Part shown: positions 35,206 through 43,630 of the stretch, piece after piece
How positions within the stretch are numbered: position 1 is the stretch's first letter
Layout of the letters: each line of letters begins with the position of its first letter
Source: a virus
Taxonomy: Duplodnaviria > Caudoviricetes
Virus record (IMG/VR): IMGVR_UViG_3300010355_000898
Span: 128,001 to 192,000 of that record
Reading direction: 5' to 3' (one strand)
Length of the DNA stretch: 64,000 nucleotides
Notes under the pieces: model-generated
Told to the model about the DNA's origin: nothing
Databases searched by the model: none
What the model saw: only the letters and a program-made list of their open reading frames with translations
Translations under genes and position numbers: made by a program

Positions 35206-35416
35206 TCCAGGAGATATATTGAAAGTTGAATATCCAATTCCACTTTGGGATGTACAAATTGGTTCAGTTGATCTGAAATTGATCAAATTTTTGGATGTTG
35301 ATGAATTGTGTTGTGTAATTTCTGGTGAAAATATGTCAATATATGTTTGTGCTGGTGGGACTGTTGGATATATCAGTGGTGCAGGTGTCAAATTCATTGA
35401 TAAAATGGTTCTTTGA
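35195..35416 (+). CDS. small SH3-like protein
   Basis: PGDILKV...GTVGYI. Confidence 0.55.
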   Translation: MIYDPGDILKVEYPIPLWDVQIGSVDLKLIKFLDVDELCCVISGENMSIYVCAGGTVGYISGAGVKFIDKMVL

Positions 35417-35449
35417 ATAAAGTGGATGGTTTCAAATAGTTAACGTTAG

Positions 35450-36106
35450 ATGACCACAAATTTTGAAATTACCAATCAACAATTGGCGTCAAATTGTGGT
35501 CAGCAAATTTGTTGCAATACAAATATTCAACTTCCAACCAAGACACAACAATTTAATGCGCTGAGATCAGTTGGCATAAAAACAGTTCCATTTGGGATTG
35601 TAAAAAATGTTGTCAATTCATTGCAGCCATTGCAAATTGTTGTCTATACTGATGAATTGAAACATCATGGTGATGGAAAACAATTGGAATATTCTGAAAT
35701 TGCAATTGACAAATATGGTGATCTTCTGTGCTCTGCATACATTCACCCAATAAGTGATCTATCAAAATCAAGAAAGATATTGATGATTGGCGAAAAAAGT
35801 TTCACAATTGATCACTATTCTGATGATTGGCGTACAAATTGTGGATCAAAAGAAGTGATTATTCAGGGTGAAAATTTTGATTATCATGATGTTCTGTACA
35901 AACAGATGATAAATTTGATGCATATGTACAAAAGTCCAACAATTTCAGTTGATTTTGTGCATGTGTTTGCAAATATGTGGTTGGCAACAGATTTGAACAC
36001 AATTCCAAATTTATCAGACATCAATCTTAGTGATTATGTGTCAAATGCTGAGATCAGTGACAATGTCAACAGTATGAACAAGAAATTTCTTGATATCAAT
36101 TTGTGA
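35450..36106 (+). CDS. ATP-grasp-like protein
   Basis: HGDGK, DWRTN, SVDF...ATDLNTIPN; ATAGTTA upstream. Confidence 0.55.
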   Translation: MTTNFEITNQQLASNCGQQICCNTNIQLPTKTQQFNALRSVGIKTVPFGIVKNVVNSLQPLQIVVYTDELKHHGDGKQLEYSEIAIDKYGDLLCSAYIHPISDLSKSRKILMIGEKSFTIDHYSDDWRTNCGSKEVIIQGENFDYHDVLYKQMINLMHMYKSPTISVDFVHVFANMWLATDLNTIPNLSDINLSDYVSNAEISDNVNSMNKKFLDINL

Positions 36107-36330
36107 ATATTTCAACAAATCATTAGTATAATCTAAACCTAATGGAGAAAATTATGTTCAATTCAAAAATTGGTAAGTTTGTTGCTGTTGGAATTGCAGT
36201 TGGCGCAGGAATAGTTGCTTTCAAAATTTTGCGCAACGCATTGAAGAAATATAATCATGATCTGAAAAAAGAAACAACACAACGTGATTGTTGCAATTGC
36301 GTAGAAAATAATTCTTAAACACATAACTTT

Positions 36331-37383
36331 ATGATCACAATACAAAAAGCATATTCATATGATGATGTTTTGCTTGTACCAAGATATTCGGATGTGAATT
36401 CAAGGGTTGATATTGATCTATCAGTTGATATGTGTGGATTGAAATTCAACACACCAATCATACCAGCAAATATGAAAGACATTGTGTCACAAAATTTTGC
36501 TGAAAAAATGTTGCAGCACCAAGGATTGGTAATATTGAACAGATTTGACAATAATCAAGTTCATATTTTTGAATATTTGAGCAAAAAATATGGTACAAAA
36601 TTTGTTGCTGAACATGTTTGTTTCAGTCTTGGTGTCAATGATATAGATTACAACCTTTTTGAAAGTTTCACAAAGATTGGTGGTAAACTGTTTTGTGTTG
36701 ATGTTGCTCATGGGCATAGCAAAAAAGTTGTCCATATGATTGAGAATATCAAAAAAAGTAATAGAGCACAGATCCTGATTGCAGGAAATGTTGCAACACC
36801 TGATGCTGCAATAAAATTATGGAGTGCCGGTGCTGATGTTGTTAAAGTTGGAATTGGTCCTGGTAAGATTTGTACAACACGATTGGAAACAGGATGTGGA
36901 TATCCTCAATTGTCTGCATTGAGTAACATCAATGATGCAAAATCATGTTATAGAGCCAGATTTGGTGATAACCAATTAATTGCTGACGGTGGAATAAAAT
37001 CGCCAGGTGATTGTGTAAAAGCATTATGTTTTGCTGATATGGTCATGGCAGGGAGTATTTTTGCTCATGCTGTTGAAGCAGCTGGTGAAATTGTTGTCAT
37101 TGATGGAATTACGTACAAAAAATATTCAGGATCTTCGACACATAAGAACTCAAGAATTGAGGGAAGAATTGTGTATGAAGAATTGAATGATTGTGTTGAT
37201 GATATTATGAAAAGATATCATGAAAGTATTCAATCAGGATTATCATATCTTGGAGTGCAAGAGTTGTCTAAGTTGAATGCGTCAAAACCTGTTTTTGTTG
37301 AAATCTCAACTTTACAAGGACAAAATGACTTTTCAAAAGAAACTTTACGTTTAACAAGAGAACAAATTCAAAAAAAGATATGA
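36331..37383 (+). CDS. IMP dehydrogenase/GMP reductase family
   Basis: [37 protein letters not shown]. Confidence 0.93.
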   Translation: MITIQKAYSYDDVLLVPRYSDVNSRVDIDLSVDMCGLKFNTPIIPANMKDIVSQNFAEKMLQHQGLVILNRFDNNQVHIFEYLSKKYGTKFVAEHVCFSLGVNDIDYNLFESFTKIGGKLFCVDVAHGHSKKVVHMIENIKKSNRAQILIAGNVATPDAAIKLWSAGADVVKVGIGPGKICTTRLETGCGYPQLSALSNINDAKSCYRARFGDNQLIADGGIKSPGDCVKALCFADMVMAGSIFAHAVEAAGEIVVIDGITYKKYSGSSTHKNSRIEGRIVYEELNDCVDDIMKRYHESIQSGLSYLGVQELSKLNASKPVFVEISTLQGQNDFSKETLRLTREQIQKKI

Positions 37384-37411
37384 TAAAGATTAGTTACGAT
37401 TTGAGGCCATA

Positions 37412-37945
37412 ATGACACTGTCTCTTTTGTACAGAACAAACAAGAGTGTATCAATATTTTTCATCATATCTGCAATCATAACAATTGCATTATCAATTGT
37501 TGACATAAGGTTGTCTTTAACTCTTTTGATTCCAATATGTTGTTCATTGTATCTTACGTCAAAATATCTTGAATTGTCAAAATTCAAGATCAATCTTTAC
37601 AATTGCGTTCAGATTAAGTACAATGGTGAAATTTTTGGTATTGAAGATTTCAGAAAAGAGATTGGAAATACAATAACATTGTATGAAAAATTTATGGATG
37701 CAAACCAATTGATCTATGACAATCTTATGTTCATAGAAATGACAAAAGGGTCATTCATTTCTTTTGGCAGAACAGTTAATGGTATATGTTCAGGAAACTA
37801 TTTGAAGGTGTCATATTGGGATGATAGACAATTGGATGCTACAGCACTTTCACATGAAATTGGACACTATTTGTTGAAAATATATCTTGGTACAAATGAT
37901 GAAAATACACATCATAAATTCATGAAAGATAATAAATTGCCATAA
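37412..37945 (+). CDS. membrane-anchored HExxH metallopeptidase-like protein
   Basis: two N-terminal TM segments; ALSHEIGH. Confidence 0.65.
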   Translation: MTLSLLYRTNKSVSIFFIISAIITIALSIVDIRLSLTLLIPICCSLYLTSKYLELSKFKINLYNCVQIKYNGEIFGIEDFRKEIGNTITLYEKFMDANQLIYDNLMFIEMTKGSFISFGRTVNGICSGNYLKVSYWDDRQLDATALSHEIGHYLLKIYLGTNDENTHHKFMKDNKLP

Positions 37946-37947
37946 CT

Positions 37948-38406
37948 ATGAAAGTTGTAATTGATCGATTTGTTGGGGAATTCAGTTTTTTATCAAATTT
38001 TTATTGTTCACCAATCATGTTTGATGGAGTAATGTTCAATTCTGTTGAACATGCATATCAGGCAGCAAAAACTGATGATGTAAATTCAAAAAATTTGATC
38101 AAAAATGCAAAAACACCTGGGATTGCAAAAAAACTTGGTCAAGCAGTTGAATTGAGATCAGATTGGGATGATATCAAATTTGACATTATGAAAAAATTGA
38201 TACATGAAAAATTTCGAAATCCATTTTTGAGAGAAGCGTTGATTGCAACATCACCTGCAGATTTGATTGAATGTAATTATTGGAATGATACGTATTGGGG
38301 CGTATGCAGGGGCACCGGTGCAAACAATTTGGGAAAAATTTTGATGTCTGAACGTCAATCATTAATCAAAGAAATGATGTATGAAAAAGAATATGATGAT
38401 GCTTGA
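37948..38406 (+). CDS. NADAR (YbiA-like) protein
   Basis: FLSNFY, SVEHAYQAAK, WNDTYWG, GANNLGKILM. Confidence 0.92.
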   Translation: MKVVIDRFVGEFSFLSNFYCSPIMFDGVMFNSVEHAYQAAKTDDVNSKNLIKNAKTPGIAKKLGQAVELRSDWDDIKFDIMKKLIHEKFRNPFLREALIATSPADLIECNYWNDTYWGVCRGTGANNLGKILMSERQSLIKEMMYEKEYDDA

Positions 38407-38674
38407 CACAAGCATATACCATAACATTGATGGAAATATAACACAAAATTGGATCAAAATGATCAGTAAGTTGTTTGAACAAAAATTCTTATCACCTTCT
38501 GAAATTGACAATCAACTTCAGGTGATAAGCAAACAATTCAATACGGTGTTGTATGATCTGAATACAGATTTGGGCATTTACAAAAAAATAAATGCTTGGT
38601 CATATTATAAGCAGTTATATCAACAAACAAAGGAACAAACGAATGAAAACCCAACTGATTGTTCTAAAAGCTGA
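38381..38674 (+). CDS. hypothetical protein
   Basis: overlapping ORF in operon. Confidence 0.5.
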   Translation: MKKNMMMLDTSIYHNIDGNITQNWIKMISKLFEQKFLSPSEIDNQLQVISKQFNTVLYDLNTDLGIYKKINAWSYYKQLYQQTKEQTNENPTDCSKS

Positions 38675-39011
38675 TGTTGTTCGAACTAAAATTGACACAG
38701 CAAAAATTTCTGCATTAATATCAACACAATTTTTGGTGCAATGTAATGATGCAAATTCAGCAACAAATTTATCTGTTGATTTGACAATGGATGAAGCTGA
38801 ATGGTTGTTTGGCGATCAGATTCGTTTTGTATGTTTTGCAAAGTCTGCAAACAAAATTGAATATGCTGCCGATAGAGCAGAGTTGGGTTTGCAATTGAAT
38901 GTTGAAAAGTATATTGTCAATGACGAATTGATTGCAATTGCAGTTGGACCTCATGATGAGACTGTAATCAAAGAATTGATGAATGACGTTGGTTTGAAAT
39001 TGGATAATTGA
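38643..39011 (+). CDS. divergent Pth2-type peptidyl-tRNA hydrolase-like protein
   Basis: KTQLIVLKAD...EWL...IAIAVGP...GLKL pattern; AAGGA SD. Confidence 0.6.
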   Translation: MKTQLIVLKADVVRTKIDTAKISALISTQFLVQCNDANSATNLSVDLTMDEAEWLFGDQIRFVCFAKSANKIEYAADRAELGLQLNVEKYIVNDELIAIAVGPHDETVIKELMNDVGLKLDN

Positions 39012-39478
39012 TGAAAATTGTTAACATCAATTCAAACAAACTGATCAGCTTTCAAATTTTTTATTCATTGGAAGCCTTGTATCTTTGGCATTATGATGAT
39101 AAGAATATCATTGATAAATCTGAATATGAATTCATAGAATTGAATTCATATGATCAAAATTTGCAAATTGATTGGTTAGGCTGTGAAACATTTGAACATG
39201 ATGGCACATGGAATAAAGCACATTTCATAAGAGCAATCAAATTGAGAACAGTTGATAATGAACTAAAATGTATGCCATATTATGGTTGGGTTTTTGATGA
39301 AGAAATTGATTTATCAATTGGGATAAAAACGAAACAAAACACTGAATATTGTGTTACGCAATGTCAAGAACCAACAATAAATTTTGATCATGTTTTCAAT
39401 ACACCAGATTTATTACAATTCAATATCGAATTCAGCATACTGAAAGTTGCAACACAAAGCAAACAGATCATTGCTTAA
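39011..39478 (+). CDS. hypothetical protein
   Basis: TGATG coupling. Confidence 0.6.
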   Translation: MKIVNINSNKLISFQIFYSLEALYLWHYDDKNIIDKSEYEFIELNSYDQNLQIDWLGCETFEHDGTWNKAHFIRAIKLRTVDNELKCMPYYGWVFDEEIDLSIGIKTKQNTEYCVTQCQEPTINFDHVFNTPDLLQFNIEFSILKVATQSKQIIA

Positions 39479-39995
39479 TCTGTTTTGCAATGATTTTTAC
39501 ATGTGGAAATTCTTTTGTGAGTGATGCGATTGAATTTACATTGAATTCATTGTCATCATAAAATTCAATGTAATTGATATCATTTGTTTCAATCTGCTCT
39601 CTTACCCAAGATTGTTTTGCCTCAGGATTTTTTGCACCAACAGCCACAACATCAACATCATCAATTCCAAATTGATTCAATAAATCATAAACTGGACCTG
39701 CTTGATCCCTTGCTGTCAAGATGTACAAATTTTGACCACCATACATTTTGTGCAAATTGATAAATTTCTTGAATGTTTTTTGAATTATTTTTGGCTCAAT
39801 CAATTGATTGAATTCACTAAAATCAAATTGATCACCCGTTTTTGGAATGTATACATTGTATTGTGCAGGTGTGAGCATAAATTCTTGATGTGAATTCTGA
39901 TTTTTTACTTTCACATGTGAACTTGTGTGAACTAATGTATCATCAAAGTCAAAAATGAACAATTTGTTCACTGACACAGATTGTTGCTCAACCAT
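39468..39995 (-). CDS. HAD-superfamily phosphatase
   Basis: IFDFDDTL, LTAR, K, FYDD; ATAGTTA-N6-ATG. Confidence 0.88.
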   Translation of the reverse strand: MVEQQSVSVNKLFIFDFDDTLVHTSSHVKVKNQNSHQEFMLTPAQYNVYIPKTGDQFDFSEFNQLIEPKIIQKTFKKFINLHKMYGGQNLYILTARDQAGPVYDLLNQFGIDDVDVVAVGAKNPEAKQSWVREQIETNDINYIEFYDDNEFNVNSIASLTKEFPHVKIIAKQIKQ

Positions 39996-40109
39996 ATGTG
40001 TTAACTATACAATCTGAATGTCAGAATGTCATAGAAATAATTTTTGACAATTTGATGGTGTTACTCCAATCAAAAAATGAAAACATTTTCTATGACATTC
40101 TGATTGGCT

Positions 40110-40508
40110 TCAATAATCTTCCAATCTTTGCATCGCAAGCTTTTCATCAAGATCTTCTTTTGCTTGCGTATACAACAATTTTTCAATATCATTCTGTTCT
40201 GATTGTGTCAATTCAGCAATCCAATCTTTTCCAGTCTGTTCATCAATTGCTGAATAGATTTCAACATCAGAATATTCTGGACTTTCACGTGTTTCATTCT
40301 CAAAATTTGCATTGCCCTCAATTTTGAGTTCAATGGTTTCATGTTCACTGTCATCATCAATTGGTTCGATTGTCACAGATTGATCAGTATTGATCCAACG
40401 TTCAATTTCATAATACACTGTTGCGCTATTTGACCAATCTGTCCCTTCATTCAAGTTCCAAGCACTGAGATGCTGCTCTTTCAACAAATTTTTGAAATTT
40501 TTCATCAT
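40110..40508 (-). CDS. acidic hypothetical protein
   Basis: ATAGTTA plus GAGG SD; MKNFKNLLKEQ. Confidence 0.7.
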   Translation of the reverse strand: MMKNFKNLLKEQHLSAWNLNEGTDWSNSATVYYEIERWINTDQSVTIEPIDDDSEHETIELKIEGNANFENETRESPEYSDVEIYSAIDEQTGKDWIAELTQSEQNDIEKLLYTQAKEDLDEKLAMQRLEDY

Positions 40509-40528
40509 TTCCTCATCAATAACTATTG

Positions 40529-43500
40529 TTATGAAAACCAACCCATTCCTCTGTCATAAACATCTGAAAACCATTTTTCATTTCTGACAGTGTTGTCTAT
40601 TCTGATGTCTGATAATTGCATATCCATCACATTTTCACTATTCTGATCTGTTGCAGGCGCAGTTGAATATCTACTATGATTTCCATAGTCAACTGTTCCA
40701 GGATCTGTCCAACCGCCAGCAAAAACGCCATCAAAATATATGTTGAATGTTGTTCCATCATATGTGAATCCAATATGATGCCAATTTGTATCTTTCACTT
40801 CAATGAGTGGTTTGTCAATGCCATTAAAATTGATCTCAGTTAATGCTCCTGAAGTTATCAATTTGTATGCAAATTTGAATGTTACACCATTGATAATTGA
40901 GAAACTGTATGCAACATATGGTGATGACCATGTTGCATCATTCTGATTGTACCATTTGGCAAAAAATAATCGATTTGTTGTATCGTCTGCAATCAATTTT
41001 TTGAACCATAATGATACAGATATGTTTGTACCATATTCACAAACAGTTGTGTATGGTGTTTTGTATGACAAATATCCACTGCCAGAACTTCCAAGTACTG
41101 CCTTGTATCCAAACAGAGTTTTTGGTGTCACTGACAAATAACCACTATTATAGCCTGTAATGTACATGTTTTCAGATTGTAAACCTAAGCTAAGAGATCG
41201 TTGTGTTCTTCCAGCGTCAGTTGATGTCATAATTCCAGAACCTGTTGTGTTCAACAACCATCTCAATTGTGTGTACTGATCATTCTGTAACAATCTGCCA
41301 CCAATCACCTCAGTACTGAACCATTTTGATAAGAATGCCCCAGATGCATATGCATCTCCACCAAATAGAGATATTTTTGCATTGTTGTCTGAATTATTCA
41401 ATCCTTGCGTTCCACTAACATAAAAATGAATATTTCTTGCTTTGAGATCAGCAGATATATTTTCTTGTCCAGATATTGATACAGAACCGGTTGTTTTCAA
41501 TTTTGCGCCAGAATCTATCCATCCATTTGCATACAAATTTTGTGTCAATGATGGTATTTCAAAAAGTAATTGTGTTCTTGCCATACCAGATGTTTCTGAT
41601 ATGTTGTATGTGCCACCACCATCAACATTTTTTGTGTATGTTATGAATGTATGTATGCCAGGATAACTTGGAACATAGAATGCATTCATTGTTGCTGATT
41701 TGTTTATTGAATTTTCATTTTCATCAGCATAGAATTGATAACCACGTGATGCTGATGAAATATTCGTACCATCAACTTTGATGTTAAAATATCCCTTTGA
41801 TTGTATGCTACTATCTCTGTTTGCATTCAAATTTGCAATCAATACAACGGGATTTTTTACATATATTACATCCTGAAATATCTGATAATCAGATGAACCT
41901 ATATTGAGTGAATTTTTTGCGTATTGAACTTTGTAATTTTGTGGTATTTCCAACACAAGAAGTGAAGGTGTGCTGAATTCATTAACATATACACCAGATG
42001 AACCATATTTTGCGGAAACTGAATATTCTTGTGTCGATACATTGATGCTGTTATCATATGTCATCATCATATTCGACACCATTGAACCAGAACCAGCAGA
42101 ACATGCTGCACTGATTTGATAACCATATGATAATGTATCGGAATTTGGTACCAATTCTGAAGCGCCTTTATAGAAAGTGAATACACCCCAAGAAGCCCCA
42201 ACTGGATGACTAGTTGCACAATTTGTTAACAACAATTTTGCAGAATTTGATGGTGCAATTGAACATGATAATTCAGTAATTTTTTGATATGAACCTTGAA
42301 GATTGTATACATCATTTGTTGTAACAGATGATGTTGCATACAATGTTCCACTTGGAAATTCAATAACTGTTATTGTTGTGGGGGCGACATTCAAACCAAT
42401 GCTACCAGTTCCGTTCAATGATTTTGCACAAATTGTGTAAGTGTATGAACCTGATTGTGGGTGTTCAAAATAGTAGAATGATGCATTATCTCCCGCTGAA
42501 TTAATGGCTGTTGTTGGAAATTTTCCAACTGCGGTTAAACCTTTATTTCCAACTGATACAATATTTCCATTCTTTTGTAATGATAATGTTGCTGCAGCAC
42601 CGGTTGTTGATGAGGAAAAGTATGCATTCACAAGCACCAACACTGGGCCACCAAAAGTTGATATTGATGCAGAATATGGACTTGCAATGAATTGTGTTGC
42701 ATCAGATATTTGCCAATTATTATAACTTGTAAAGTATGCATAATTTGGTGCAGCTGGTATTGATTGTGGAAAATTTGCGTTAATCGTTACATTACCTGAA
42801 GGACCTGCATCATCAATTGTTATATTTGTTCCTGCAGTTAATACACGTTCATTATTGAGAGATCCGGTTGCACTCAATACAACATATGTTGCATCAGGAT
42901 CTCCTCCGCCACCACCTCCTCCACCCCCACCGGTATTTTCAATCAAAATTTGACCACTACTTTGTGAAGTGATTGCTATACCACCACCTGCAACAAGATA
43001 ACTGATTCCATTTGACAACTTCTGAAGTGATCCACTTAAGCCACTCTGCGCAATTACCGGTCCACTGAACGTAGATCCACTCAGAGTGGCAATAACGCTG
43101 TCATTGATTGAAATTGTATAGTTTCCACCAGAACCTGCATCAATAGACTTCAATCCGGTACCCATCACAATTGCTCGTTCATTATTGAGCGAACTTGTCG
43201 TGTTCAACACAATGTATGATGCATCGGGATCACCACCTCCTCCACCTCCAGTTGCGGTTGAATTGATAACAATTTGTCCACTACTTTGTGAAACAATTGT
43301 TATGTTTGTTCCAGCCACAAGATAACTTGTTCCATTAGATAAATTTTGAAGTGATCCAGATAAACCTCCTGATGCTTTTACAGGACCACTGAATGTTGAA
43401 CCTGAAATTGTTGCAACAACACTATCATTTACGTTGATTGTATAATTTCCACCAACACCAGCGTCCGTTGACTTCAACCCAGTTCCCATTGTGAGAACTC

Positions 43501-43630
43501 GTTCATTTGATAATGATCCAGTTGCATTCAACACAATGTATGATGCACTAACATCTGCTTTACTTGTTGGGAAATATTGATTTCCATCAAATACCCAACT
43601 TTCATTATTTCTTGGTTTAAACATTGTCAT
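40529..43630 (-). CDS. tail fibre/receptor-binding-like protein with N-terminal repeats and C-terminal LamG
   Basis: ~110-aa repeats with poly-Gly linkers; WHHIGFTYDG...IYFDG. Confidence 0.8.
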   Translation of the reverse strand: MTMFKPRNNESWVFDGNQYFPTSKADVSASYIVLNATGSLSNERVLTMGTGLKSTDAGVGGNYTINVNDSVVATISGSTFSGPVKASGGLSGSLQNLSNGTSYLVAGTNITIVSQSSGQIVINSTATGGGGGGDPDASYIVLNTTSSLNNERAIVMGTGLKSIDAGSGGNYTISINDSVIATLSGSTFSGPVIAQSGLSGSLQKLSNGISYLVAGGGIAITSQSSGQILIENTGGGGGGGGGGDPDATYVVLSATGSLNNERVLTAGTNITIDDAGPSGNVTINANFPQSIPAAPNYAYFTSYNNWQISDATQFIASPYSASISTFGGPVLVLVNAYFSSSTTGAAATLSLQKNGNIVSVGNKGLTAVGKFPTTAINSAGDNASFYYFEHPQSGSYTYTICAKSLNGTGSIGLNVAPTTITVIEFPSGTLYATSSVTTNDVYNLQGSYQKITELSCSIAPSNSAKLLLTNCATSHPVGASWGVFTFYKGASELVPNSDTLSYGYQISAACSAGSGSMVSNMMMTYDNSINVSTQEYSVSAKYGSSGVYVNEFSTPSLLVLEIPQNYKVQYAKNSLNIGSSDYQIFQDVIYVKNPVVLIANLNANRDSSIQSKGYFNIKVDGTNISSASRGYQFYADENENSINKSATMNAFYVPSYPGIHTFITYTKNVDGGGTYNISETSGMARTQLLFEIPSLTQNLYANGWIDSGAKLKTTGSVSISGQENISADLKARNIHFYVSGTQGLNNSDNNAKISLFGGDAYASGAFLSKWFSTEVIGGRLLQNDQYTQLRWLLNTTGSGIMTSTDAGRTQRSLSLGLQSENMYITGYNSGYLSVTPKTLFGYKAVLGSSGSGYLSYKTPYTTVCEYGTNISVSLWFKKLIADDTTNRLFFAKWYNQNDATWSSPYVAYSFSIINGVTFKFAYKLITSGALTEINFNGIDKPLIEVKDTNWHHIGFTYDGTTFNIYFDGVFAGGWTDPGTVDYGNHSRYSTAPATDQNSENVMDMQLSDIRIDNTVRNEKWFSDVYDRGMGWFS

